A stretch of 63,751 nucleotides of DNA, counting the filler, from an uncultured bacterium (GTDB lineage Bacteria > DYJV01), in the NCBI GenBank assembly GCA_964543655.1. It is 4 parts of 4 records of this genome, joined end to end, with 100 filler letters (N's around TTAATTAATTAA, not from the genome) between each part and the next. Parts side by side here need not be neighbours in the genome. Positions count along the whole stretch, not along the records: positions 47,747 to 60,598 come from CAZIZE010000049.1; 3 more parts are not named here. One strand, 5' to 3'. This document shows positions 47,990 to 57,850 of the stretch, one piece after another. Both the position numbers and the translations under genes were made by a program. A model generated the notes under the pieces. It was not told the origin of the DNA, made no database searches, and worked only from the letters and a program-made list of their open reading frames with translations. Each line of letters starts with the position of its first letter. Position 1 is the first letter of the stretch.

Positions 47990-49993
47990 TTAATTATAGA
48001 GATAAATTATTACTTTTGTCCCCTTCCCTTTTTGAGATTCTATTTTTATATCTCCACCTAAATTTTTAACTATAGATAAACTAATAGCAAGCCCTAATCC
48101 AGTTCCATCTTTTTTGGTTGAATAAAAAGGATTAAAAATTTTTCTAAGGTTTTCACTTTCAATACCAATACCTGTATCTGAGAAAATTATCTCAACAATA
48201 TTTTCCTCTTTGTCCAATGATATGGTCAGGGCACCCTCTCCCTTTTCTCTTATTGCATCAATTGCATTAAGTATAATATTTGTAAAAACCTCCCTTAATT
48301 GTGTTTCATAAGATTCAATTACAACTTCCTGTTTAAAATCTAAGTTTATAGGAATATTTAATTTTTTCAACGGTTCAGTAATCTCTTTTATAAGGCAGTT
48401 TATATTTATTTCTTTAAAAGTTGAATCTGTCTTTTTTGAAAACTGTAGTAATCTATCTATTATCTTTTGCATTCTAATAACCTGCTCTTTTATTAACTGC
48501 ATTTCTTTACTTGTAGAAAATCCCTTTTCTTCAAGATATACTTCAAGTAGTTCAATATTTCCTCTAATGATAGCTATCGGAGTATTGATCTCATGGGCAA
48601 CCCCACCTGCAAGAGCACCTATTGCAGCAAGTTTTGAAGTGTGGACAAGCTCACTCTGCAATTCTCTATATTTTGCAATGAGATTCTCTTTTTCTTCAAT
48701 TAATTTGTATAACTCTTGCCTTGCATTTATTAATTCCACATTTTTCTTTTCTAATTCTGCTGTTCTATTTTTAACTTTATTTTCAAGATTACTGTAAAGT
48801 TTATTTATTGCCTCATCTTTATCCTTTAATGCTTTAATCATACTATTAAATTCCATTTGAACACGACCAATTTCATCATCAGTTTCAATTTCAACAAAGT
48901 CTTCATAATTCCCTTTTGCAACTTTTTTAATACTCTCTTCAAGATGTGTAATAGGCGCAACTATCCTTTTGGCAAATATAAGTGAAACTATAAATGTTAA
49001 ACCTGCTCCAAGAAGAAGTAAAGAAATAAAAATTAAGGAAATATTATCTCTTATTTTATTAAAAGGTTCTTCAAGAACTCCAACATATAAAGAACCAATA
49101 ATGTCATTTTTTATATTATAAATAGGTTCATAAGCTGTAATATACCACGCATTTACAACAAAAGCTCTATCTATCCATTTTTCTCCATCAACTATCACTC
49201 TATTGTAAACCTCTTTTGACAATCTTGTACCTACAGCTCTTTTTCCACTTTTTAATCTAACATTAGTAGAAATTCTTAAATCACCCATAAATATTGTAGC
49301 TGTACCAATAGCTTTGTTACCAAAAACTGTTTCCTTTATTTTATCAACAATATAATAATTTTTATTCAACAAAACTCCACCATAAATTGCACCTATAATT
49401 CTATATTTTTCATCATAAATAGGAGCTGATGCTATTAATACCATTCCTGATGTTTCTATCTTTTGCTTTGTAGGTATGGCTTTGGGAGTTGGTATAAGCT
49501 TTGTTTTTGCAATTTCCGCTAATTCCTTACCCTCTGCTTTTAATTTTTCAGAGTTCCATATTTCTGTGGAAACCACAGTTTCACCAATTAAAGCTTTTCT
49601 AATAACTGAGTCATTTCCCATGTAATCACCTTTATTTTCAGGGTTTCTTGACCTGACCATTACATAACCGTTTTTATTCACAATGGAAATAAAATCAAGA
49701 TGCTCCTCTACTCTAATTCTCTGAATTTCAGCAAGTAACATATTTGTATCATGCTTTGTAATGGAATGCTTTATAAGGTAAAGTTTTGATGAAAATTTTA
49801 AAATATTTTTAATTCTGTCAAGTTCATTGTAGTAAATTTCATGTGCTGAATTTAAATCATACTGCACTTTATTTTGAGCTAATTTCCTGATATAATAATC
49901 AATTAGATAAATGGAGATTCCAGAAAATAAAAAAAACATCAATAAAGTTGGAATAAGGAAAAATAAAGGAATTTTCTTTTTAAGAGTTTTCAT
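47990..49993 (-). CDS. Cache/HAMP sensor histidine kinase
   Basis: ATIFMGDLRISTNV...GKRAVGT Cache motif, HAMP DEIG, VAHEINTP, PFYSTKKDGTGLGL. Confidence 0.93.
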   Translation of the reverse strand: MKTLKKKIPLFFLIPTLLMFFLFSGISIYLIDYYIRKLAQNKVQYDLNSAHEIYYNELDRIKNILKFSSKLYLIKHSITKHDTNMLLAEIQRIRVEEHLDFISIVNKNGYVMVRSRNPENKGDYMGNDSVIRKALIGETVVSTEIWNSEKLKAEGKELAEIAKTKLIPTPKAIPTKQKIETSGMVLIASAPIYDEKYRIIGAIYGGVLLNKNYYIVDKIKETVFGNKAIGTATIFMGDLRISTNVRLKSGKRAVGTRLSKEVYNRVIVDGEKWIDRAFVVNAWYITAYEPIYNIKNDIIGSLYVGVLEEPFNKIRDNISLIFISLLLLGAGLTFIVSLIFAKRIVAPITHLEESIKKVAKGNYEDFVEIETDDEIGRVQMEFNSMIKALKDKDEAINKLYSNLENKVKNRTAELEKKNVELINARQELYKLIEEKENLIAKYRELQSELVHTSKLAAIGALAGGVAHEINTPIAIIRGNIELLEVYLEEKGFSTSKEMQLIKEQVIRMQKIIDRLLQFSKKTDSTFKEININCLIKEITEPLKKLNIPINLDFKQEVVIESYETQLREVFTNIILNAIDAIREKGEGALTISLDKEENIVEIIFSDTGIGIESENLRKIFNPFYSTKKDGTGLGLAISLSIVKNLGGDIKIESQKGKGTKVIIYLYN

Positions 49994-50007
49994 CTAACCT
50001 GTTAAAG

Positions 50008-51345
50008 TTACATGCTTTTTAGCTTTCTATCTATTGTTTTCCTTGAAACTTTTAAAAGTTCTGCTGTTTTTAATTTATTCTTTCCAGTTAAAAGGTAAAC
50101 TCTTTTAATATAATTTTTAACCACTTCATCAAGAGGAAGAATGGTATTGATATTATCCTTAGTTACCTCAACTTTGCTGAGAATATCATTAGGTAGACAA
50201 TCTATATTAAAAATATCTTTCTTCATTAATAACACACTTCTCTCTATTATATTTTGTAATTCTCTAATATTACCTGGCCAATTATAATTTTCAAGAATCT
50301 TAAAAACTTCTTCATCTACTCCTCTAACAACTTTTTTAAATTTTATTCCAAAAAGTTTAACAAAATATTTTACCAGAGGTGAAATATCCTCTTTTCTCTC
50401 CCGTAAAGGTGGAATATTTATTGAAATAACATTTAACCTATAATAAAGGTCTTTCCTGAAATTACCATTTTCAACCTCCCTTAAAAGCTCTTTGTTGGTA
50501 GCTGCAATTACTCTTATGTCAACCTTTTCTATCTTTGAAGAACCAACAGGGATAAACTCTTTCTCCTGTATCAGTCTGAGCAACTTTGCCTGAATTTTTG
50601 GTGAAATTTCTGTAATTTCATCTAAAAAAAGAGTGCCACCATCAATTTCTTTTAAAATTCCTTTATGGTTTCTCATTGCTCCAGTAAAAGCTCCTTTAAT
50701 ATGCCCAAATAGGTGACTTTCAAATAGATTTTCTGTTAAAGTAGAACAATTTACTGGAAGGAAAATATTATTATTTCTATCACTAAAGTGGTGAATATAC
50801 TTTGCAATTAATTCCTTACCTGTGCCAGATTCACCCTGAATGAGAACAGTAGAGTTTGTAGTAGCAACACTTTTTGCAAGCTCTAACACTTCGTACATTT
50901 CTTTACTTTTATAGATTATGCAATCTGGTGAAAATCGAGTTTTTAAAATCTCCTTTTTTAATTCTCTGTTTTCACGGTGTAGAGCATATTTTTCACAACA
51001 ATTTTTTATTAACTCTATTATTTTTTCTTTTGGAAATGGTTTTGTAACATAATCATAAGCTCCATTTTTCATAAACTCAACTGCTGATTCTACATCTCCA
51101 TAAGCAGTCATAACAACAACAGGAAGTTCTCTGTTTACTTTTTTTATTTTTTCGAGAATTACACTTCCATCAATATCTGGAAGTTTGACATCTAAAAGAA
51201 CAGCATCTACCTGATTATTTTTTATAAAGTTGTATCCATCTTCTCCTGTTTCAAATGTAAAAACTTCATAACCTTTAATTTGAAACAGTTTTTCAAGAAA
51301 ATGCAGCATTCCTTTCTCATCATCAATTATTGCTATTCTAAACAT
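50008..51345 (-). CDS. NtrC-family sigma-54 response regulator
   Basis: Receiver DVKLPD; GESGTGKE; canonical GAFTGA; WPGNIRELQN; HTH. Confidence 0.94.
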   Translation of the reverse strand: MFRIAIIDDEKGMLHFLEKLFQIKGYEVFTFETGEDGYNFIKNNQVDAVLLDVKLPDIDGSVILEKIKKVNRELPVVVMTAYGDVESAVEFMKNGAYDYVTKPFPKEKIIELIKNCCEKYALHRENRELKKEILKTRFSPDCIIYKSKEMYEVLELAKSVATTNSTVLIQGESGTGKELIAKYIHHFSDRNNNIFLPVNCSTLTENLFESHLFGHIKGAFTGAMRNHKGILKEIDGGTLFLDEITEISPKIQAKLLRLIQEKEFIPVGSSKIEKVDIRVIAATNKELLREVENGNFRKDLYYRLNVISINIPPLRERKEDISPLVKYFVKLFGIKFKKVVRGVDEEVFKILENYNWPGNIRELQNIIERSVLLMKKDIFNIDCLPNDILSKVEVTKDNINTILPLDEVVKNYIKRVYLLTGKNKLKTAELLKVSRKTIDRKLKSM

Positions 51346-51359
51346 TGATTGTATAATGA

Positions 51360-54056
51360 TTAAAATTTTAACCTTTTGTCAATAGAAATTTTAATTTTTC
51401 CAGTTTTCGGATTTCTTTCTATTGTGCCTGGAGGTAAAATTTCCACTTTTAAAGGTGCTGCAAGTCCTTTTTCAACCACTGTTTTTATTTCTTTGCAATG
51501 TTTATAAACTTTTTCTTCCAATTTTTTAGCTATAATAGAATCATTTTCAGAAAAATTTTCCTTTTTTTCAGCTTTAATTATTAATATATCTCTGAATCCA
51601 TCTAAATCTGCTATCATTTGAAAATATTCCGATAGCTCTTCAACTTCATGCACAGCAGAAGCAATTGTTTCCGGTTGAATATTAACACCTCCAATAATTA
51701 ATATTTCATCTGCTCTTCCTAATAATTCAAAAAGGCGAGTATTTCTACCACATACACATTTTCCTTCAATCCATCTTCCAAGATCACCTACATCGTATCT
51801 AATAGTTGGCATGAGAGTTCTCTGAAGATTTGTTACTACAATTTTTCCAATCTCTCCAGGTTTTACTGGTAAACCTGTAGATATATCAAGTATTTCAACA
51901 TAATGAAGATCTTCATGTACATGATGAATTCCACCACAACATTTTTTACATTGATATCCTATAGCTCCTGTATCATTTGTTGTGTAGCCAGTTGAGTAAA
52001 ATTCTTTAATTTCAAGTATCTCTTTTAAATACTCTTTTGCTCCTTCAAAAAGATGCTCTCCTCCTGTGATTGCTTTTTCAATTTTTAAATCATTAATCTG
52101 GTTTTTTTCCACATAGTTGGCTATGCTAATTAAAACAGAAGGTATTGTAATCACAGCATTAGCTTTGAATAGCCTTAAATAATTAACAATTTCAATCCCT
52201 ATATTACCTGCAATTGGAAGTATCTGACAGCCTGTATGTTCAAGTGCCTGATTAAATGAAACAAAAGAAGCCCATAGATTACCTGCAAATAAAAGATTTG
52301 CAACTACATCTCCTTTTTCCAGTGTTGATAAAGCCAAACCTTTGCCTAATTTTAATGCATTATAATGTTGTTCTTCATGAGTTCTGTAAACTAATTTGGG
52401 AGAACCTGTTGTTCCACCACTTGAAAATATATATCCACTTTTAACAGAAGAGGTTAGTAATCCATTTCCATAAGGAGGAAGAAACTTTTTATAATCATCC
52501 CCTGTCATTAGTGGAAATTTTAAAAAATCCTCAAAATTCTTTAATTCAAGACCTTTATACCTTTCAGCAAGTAAAGGAGATTTTTCTCTGCAGTAATTTA
52601 CAATGTATTGTAATCTTGAAAATGTTACTTTATCTCTTTTATCATCAGGTAAAAAATCAAAATAATCTTCTTCTTTATCATATTTTTTCCAATTAATTTT
52701 AAAGGTAGATGCTTCAATGGTATCTCTTGATAGTGATATCCATTTAACAAGTTCTCCCAATCCCCTTGAACCATCATGAGGAGTCCCATGTTTTCTAACA
52801 GACATTTTTCCTGGTTCAACAAATCTATCAGCTCCTATATCTGCAAGTTTCATAGAAATCTTTTTAGCATCCTCATCTGATGTTACAAGTGCAACTGTTT
52901 GAAAAAAATTTCCCATATCTTTAATATAAACTAAAATCTCATCAATATTTTTTACTGGTTTAATTATTATAGTTCTGTGAAGACAAGAGGTTTGAAAGGA
53001 TGGATTTTTATTAAGAATAACTGTCCATTTTAAATCAGATGAAAATCTATAATCTGAAATTTCCATAGCTTTTTCAACTTTTGCAAGCTCTCTTAATTTT
53101 GTTATTTCTGTTGCTGAATCGTCATCTATTCTTCCTTTGGGATAAATATGAGACCAATATTCTAAATCTTCAGATAACTGATATAATAGTTGTTCTGCCA
53201 CATCGTAGCTGTTTATATAAACTACATGAGGAGATGAACATGCAGATTGTTCCCACATTGTTACATCTTTTGCAATTAATCTTGAGACATTTTTTATCCC
53301 TCTTTTCATTAATTCATTGCTGTCAACAATTACAAAACTATACTTTGGTCCATATTCAATTAATTTAGTATGTAATCCAAGACCATCTCTATAACTTTTT
53401 ATAGTTTCAGCTCCACCATAAACTACAATTCCATTACATCTTGTTTTCAAAACACTCTCTATTTCTTCGTCTCCACCTTTCCATGGAATAATTGCTAAAG
53501 ATTTATACAAAATTCCAGTTTCATCAACAGTTTTAAGACTTTCTGCAAATAAAATGGGAAAAATTGGATCATTGGAAGACATTTTCATTATGTTGACATT
53601 TTTTGTAATTATACCCTGAATAAGGCTATCAACGCCTCCAACAAAAACATTTCCTGCAGAAATATGGGCAACAATACCAAGAGGTTGAGCTTTTATATAT
53701 CCTTTAAAATTTTCATCAAGAACCCAATTGTCTAAATATCTGTAATTTCCAAGGTCAGTATTTAATCTTGTAAAAATACTTTCTTTTCTTAATAAATCTA
53801 TCATTACTTCAATTCCAGCTTCAACCATTTCCTTACTAAAACCAATATAATTTGGAACCATTTTTAACGCTTCTTTTCTGTAAAAAAATTCACTATCACT
53901 CCATTTGTTTGCAAGAGTATCCAGAATTTCTATTATTTTTTTTATAGAAATTTTTTTTATCTCTTTTTTCAAATTTTCAGCTTCATTTAAAATATTATTT
54001 ATTATGTTTTTATCTATTTTTTCATCAAGTATGTTTCCAAATATATAATTTTTCAT
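51360..54056 (-). CDS. LuxC-type acyl-CoA reductase fused to a PaaK-like adenylate-forming domain
   Basis: N-half PLG.VAHISAGNV, YGG, YGPKYSF, EQSACSSPH, HDG...L.ELV; C-half FSSGGTTGSPK, GGEH, YTTNDTG, RYDVGD, GRAD, KTGKIK. Confidence 0.88.
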   Translation of the reverse strand: MKNYIFGNILDEKIDKNIINNILNEAENLKKEIKKISIKKIIEILDTLANKWSDSEFFYRKEALKMVPNYIGFSKEMVEAGIEVMIDLLRKESIFTRLNTDLGNYRYLDNWVLDENFKGYIKAQPLGIVAHISAGNVFVGGVDSLIQGIITKNVNIMKMSSNDPIFPILFAESLKTVDETGILYKSLAIIPWKGGDEEIESVLKTRCNGIVVYGGAETIKSYRDGLGLHTKLIEYGPKYSFVIVDSNELMKRGIKNVSRLIAKDVTMWEQSACSSPHVVYINSYDVAEQLLYQLSEDLEYWSHIYPKGRIDDDSATEITKLRELAKVEKAMEISDYRFSSDLKWTVILNKNPSFQTSCLHRTIIIKPVKNIDEILVYIKDMGNFFQTVALVTSDEDAKKISMKLADIGADRFVEPGKMSVRKHGTPHDGSRGLGELVKWISLSRDTIEASTFKINWKKYDKEEDYFDFLPDDKRDKVTFSRLQYIVNYCREKSPLLAERYKGLELKNFEDFLKFPLMTGDDYKKFLPPYGNGLLTSSVKSGYIFSSGGTTGSPKLVYRTHEEQHYNALKLGKGLALSTLEKGDVVANLLFAGNLWASFVSFNQALEHTGCQILPIAGNIGIEIVNYLRLFKANAVITIPSVLISIANYVEKNQINDLKIEKAITGGEHLFEGAKEYLKEILEIKEFYSTGYTTNDTGAIGYQCKKCCGGIHHVHEDLHYVEILDISTGLPVKPGEIGKIVVTNLQRTLMPTIRYDVGDLGRWIEGKCVCGRNTRLFELLGRADEILIIGGVNIQPETIASAVHEVEELSEYFQMIADLDGFRDILIIKAEKKENFSENDSIIAKKLEEKVYKHCKEIKTVVEKGLAAPLKVEILPPGTIERNPKTGKIKISIDKRLKF

Positions 54057-54067
54057 TGAAATCCCCT

Positions 54068-55204
54068 CTATATTTTTTTTACTTTTAATAGTTCAGCTGC
54101 TGTTATAGCACATCCCTGATGTTTTTTAATACCAGCTCTTCCAACAAGGATTATATAATCACTATTTCTTCCACATTTACAATTTTTCTCAATTATACCA
54201 TAATCTGTTGATAATACAGAAATATTAGGTTGGGCTATATTGTAGGGTGAAATCATGTGAAGCATCCCTTTTTCACCATAGGTTAACAGTTTTAAACTAC
54301 CTGGTTTTCTAACAAAAACTTTTGAATATATTGGAACATGAAAATTCCCAAATTCACAGGTAATATATGGCACTCCATGTTCTACAAAACCATAAACATC
54401 TCTTATTTGAGTTCTGCTGATTCCAAGGTATTTTTCTACATAATTGTAGAATTTACTTTTGGGAATTTCCTCATCTGCCATGGCTTTCCAGCCACCAGCA
54501 AATATTATTAAACTATCTTTATTGGAAAAATTAAATTTAATATTTTTTTGATCAAGATATTGTAAAGTCTTCCATGCAAATGCGGGAAATCCTATTATTC
54601 GTAATGGTAAATTGGTTTTAGAAAATTCTTTCAATATTTCAGTACATTCAGCTGGATCAAAAAACTCTTTTCCTTCCCAATCAGAATGAATTGCAAAAAA
54701 TTTTCTATTAGCAGGAGCAAAATTTGTATACATAGTGTGAGCATAAGGAGCACCTCTATCTCCTGCAATATCAGGAGAATATGTAAAGCAAAGATAATTA
54801 ACCTTTGTGCTGGTGATTAGACCATAATTTTCCATAATTTTATTTCTCATTGTTTTCTGTCTTTCAAATGACTCTTTATCCCATGATATATGGCTTTTTT
54901 CTCCAGTGGTTCCACTTGATGTAAAAGTTTTTACAATTTTATCATCTGGAACCGAGGTTAAATGATATTTTTTAAAAACATTAACCATAATCCATGGAAT
55001 TTTTGAAATATCTTCTGGATTATTTAAAGAATCAGGATAAAAGTTTTCTTGATTGCATAATTTTCTATAAACAATGCAATTATTATAATGATGAGTAAAA
55101 ACTTCTTTTAAGGCAAAGAAAAATATTTCTTCTATTTTTGTATCTTTTTCAAGAACATTCTTTTCATTAAAAAGCATTGATAAGTATTTAAATTTATTTT
55201 TCAT
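54068..55204 (-). CDS. luxE: LuxE-type acyl-protein synthetase
   Basis: FTSSGTTG, GGWK, RDVYGFVEH, LSTDYG, GRAG...GCA acylation-site region. Confidence 0.88.
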   Translation of the reverse strand: MKNKFKYLSMLFNEKNVLEKDTKIEEIFFFALKEVFTHHYNNCIVYRKLCNQENFYPDSLNNPEDISKIPWIMVNVFKKYHLTSVPDDKIVKTFTSSGTTGEKSHISWDKESFERQKTMRNKIMENYGLITSTKVNYLCFTYSPDIAGDRGAPYAHTMYTNFAPANRKFFAIHSDWEGKEFFDPAECTEILKEFSKTNLPLRIIGFPAFAWKTLQYLDQKNIKFNFSNKDSLIIFAGGWKAMADEEIPKSKFYNYVEKYLGISRTQIRDVYGFVEHGVPYITCEFGNFHVPIYSKVFVRKPGSLKLLTYGEKGMLHMISPYNIAQPNISVLSTDYGIIEKNCKCGRNSDYIILVGRAGIKKHQGCAITAAELLKVKKI

Positions 55205-56499
55205 TCCTTCACCCTTTCATCTATTAATTTTTTTATTTTACCAGTTATTTTGTTTCTTTCAAGTGTCCCAAGTTTAACAAATTCTATATTAAAAAATTTT
55301 ATATAATCAATTGAAAGTCCTGTTTTAATTTCAGGAATATTTTCTATGATTTCCTTTTTAATTAAATCTAAATATTTCTTAGATTTTTCAGGGTTACCAG
55401 ATTCAATTTTAAGAGATAATGCAATTTTATTTCCTATATCCTCAATTTCAAAGCAATAATTCATGCTTATAGAGTTTTTTCCTGCAAATTTCCCAATAGC
55501 CTTATCAAAAATATTCATTGAGATATATGCTCCACCAAGTTTAAAATCATCTCCAGCTCGTCCGCATAGTGTGTATAGTGGATTGGTATCATTGCATTTA
55601 CATGCCCCCTTTTTCCAATAAGCAACATCTCCTATTTTATACCGTATTATTGGCATTGATAATCTTGCAAGGTTGGTAACAAGTATTTCTCCCTCTTCAT
55701 TATATTCACAAGGTTTATTTTTTTCAAAATCCCAGATTTCAATACATTGAAACTTAACAGGTAGATGATACTCATTAGGTTTACAATATTCACATTGATA
55801 TCCCATTAAACCAGCATCTGCACTTGTGTATGCTAATGCTTTAATATTGTTGACTTTTAAAGTCTTGCTTATATAATCTCTAACCTCTTTACTCATATGC
55901 TCTCCAGCATAGAGAATTGTGTGAAGTCTGGTAAATTTTTTTCCTTTTTCATTTACCTTATCAGCAAGAAACACAAATAAGGTAGGTAAAGATATTATTA
56001 CAGTTGGTTGAAATTCTAAACAATAGTGATAAATTTTTTCTATATCAATATTTGCAGAAATAGGTAAATGAATAGCACCAATTTTTTTTATAACATCATG
56101 TGAAGCAATAAATGAAGGCCATAAACTTCCTGCAACAAAGATATTTGCAATTATATCACTATCTTTAACTCCTAATTTCTTAAAGGCAAATGCCTGCATA
56201 TCAACAAATTTATCCCATTCTTCATAGGTTAATACTGTATATCTTGCAATACCAGTTGAGCCTCCAGTAGATGTAACAATAAAATTTTTTTCAGGAATGG
56301 TGAGCATATTTAAAGTTTTTGGATATGAATTTTCATAAAGTTCCTGTCTGGTCAAAACAGGAAGCTGTTGAAAATCCCCAAGCCTATTAACTATTAAACC
56401 TTTGTATTTATTTTTATAAAATGGAGCTTTCTTTGAATTCTCAAAAACCTTTTTTATTAGAGCAAACTGTTCATTATACATCATTTTAAGATACCTCAA
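55201..56499 (-). CDS. Phenylacetate-CoA ligase (PaaK)-like adenylate-forming enzyme
   Basis: APFYK, TSTGGSTG, YAGEH, YTSADAG, MPIIRYKIGD, GRAGD, ITGKIK. Confidence 0.85.
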   Translation of the reverse strand: MRYLKMMYNEQFALIKKVFENSKKAPFYKNKYKGLIVNRLGDFQQLPVLTRQELYENSYPKTLNMLTIPEKNFIVTSTGGSTGIARYTVLTYEEWDKFVDMQAFAFKKLGVKDSDIIANIFVAGSLWPSFIASHDVIKKIGAIHLPISANIDIEKIYHYCLEFQPTVIISLPTLFVFLADKVNEKGKKFTRLHTILYAGEHMSKEVRDYISKTLKVNNIKALAYTSADAGLMGYQCEYCKPNEYHLPVKFQCIEIWDFEKNKPCEYNEEGEILVTNLARLSMPIIRYKIGDVAYWKKGACKCNDTNPLYTLCGRAGDDFKLGGAYISMNIFDKAIGKFAGKNSISMNYCFEIEDIGNKIALSLKIESGNPEKSKKYLDLIKKEIIENIPEIKTGLSIDYIKFFNIEFVKLGTLERNKITGKIKKLIDERVKE

Positions 56500-57850
56500 C
56501 TATGAATTTATGTTTTAACCGAGCATTGTAACTTTTAATGTCTTTAAGTTTTACCTCAATTAATCTTTCTCCAACAATGGAATAAAGATGATTGTATTTA
56601 AACTTAAACTCATTGCTATCCTCAAATAAAAAATCGAGCAGGGCTGATTTATATTTTTCTTTTAATTGTGTTGATTTGTAGTCTTTGGTTGTGTAAATTA
56701 AAAAAGTAAAAATCTGGATGCCTTCAACATTTTGTGTCTGTACCTGATACAATCCACCATAATTATATGATTTATCAAGACCTAAAAGGAAATTTTGTAT
56801 TTCTCCTATACTTAGGTTAGTCCCATAAAAAATAATGCTATCACTTGTTCTTCCATATACATAGAGCATTTTTTCAGGAAGAGAGTTTAATAAATTTTCA
56901 GGAACAATATTTTTAATTTTATCAGTATACAGCAATCCACCTCTATCTTTTGTGTTATACCTTATTAAAGGAACAATTTGGTCTTTGGTGACAATTATTT
57001 CTTTATTTACAATTTCAATGTAAGGTTTTGGTGATAATTCAAAAATCATTGGAGTATCCTTGGTACCAAATATTTTTTCTGATAGTTCAGGATTTTTAAA
57101 AAAATATTTTCTCAAGTTTATGGTTGCTTCTGTTTCAATACCAATATCACCTGTATCAGCAGAGCCAAATCCTGTCCATATAGAAAATTGATAATCCTTT
57201 TCATGTCCAAAATCTTCAGCTATCTTTATTCTCATTCTTTCACTAAAATACTCACCAACAACAGGAAAAAATATATTTCCATTTTTATAATTTATTCCAT
57301 TTCTATCCATTAATGCCTTAATCAAAGGAATATTTGAAGGATTTGTAATTATTAAGGTTTGGTCAATATGTTTTTCCACTAATTTATAAATTTCAACAGC
57401 TTCAATTAAGTTCAAACCAGGAGTGGAACAGATTATTTTGTACTTATTTGTTACAGAGAGATACCTTATAGTAGATGCAATCTGCATTCCACCAATCCAA
57501 GTTCCAAAAGCAAGACACACAAGAATCAAGGTATTTTTATTATTAATTTGATAAATTTTTATTAAAAAGTTTTCCACATTTTTTAAATAATCTTTTTCAT
57601 CTTCAGGTCTTTTAGGCCAAAAAATTGAGCCAGAACTTCCAAATCCTGATGAAGAACCTATCAGGTGAGCTTTATCAAGTTCACCATTCCAGCAGAGTTC
57701 TTCTAATTTGTATTTTAAAAGATAGTTTTCTTTTGTTGTAAAAGGTATATCTTCCCATTTTGTATTACAATTTATTTTATTTTCAATAGAGAATTTTCTG
57801 TATGCAGGAACTTTTTCTATGACTTTTTTAAGTAGCATATATTTATCCAT
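56486..57850 (-). CDS. PaaK-like adenylate-forming enzyme with divergent P-loop
   Basis: VPAYRKF, GSSSGFG, VGEYFSE, FGSADTG, PLIRYNTKDRG, YGRTSD. Confidence 0.8.
   Translation of the reverse strand: MDKYMLLKKVIEKVPAYRKFSIENKINCNTKWEDIPFTTKENYLLKYKLEELCWNGELDKAHLIGSSSGFGSSGSIFWPKRPEDEKDYLKNVENFLIKIYQINNKNTLILVCLAFGTWIGGMQIASTIRYLSVTNKYKIICSTPGLNLIEAVEIYKLVEKHIDQTLIITNPSNIPLIKALMDRNGINYKNGNIFFPVVGEYFSERMRIKIAEDFGHEKDYQFSIWTGFGSADTGDIGIETEATINLRKYFFKNPELSEKIFGTKDTPMIFELSPKPYIEIVNKEIIVTKDQIVPLIRYNTKDRGGLLYTDKIKNIVPENLLNSLPEKMLYVYGRTSDSIIFYGTNLSIGEIQNFLLGLDKSYNYGGLYQVQTQNVEGIQIFTFLIYTTKDYKSTQLKEKYKSALLDFLFEDSNEFKFKYNHLYSIVGERLIEVKLKDIKSYNARLKHKFIVEVS

Noticed and set aside
47795..48061. 88-aa ORF on + strand
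   Set aside because: Antisense shadow of tRNA-Pro and the kinase 3' end
51360..55204. Bioluminescence (lux) operon
   Set aside because: Only luxC- and luxE-like genes are present; no luxA, luxB, luxD or luxG on the contig
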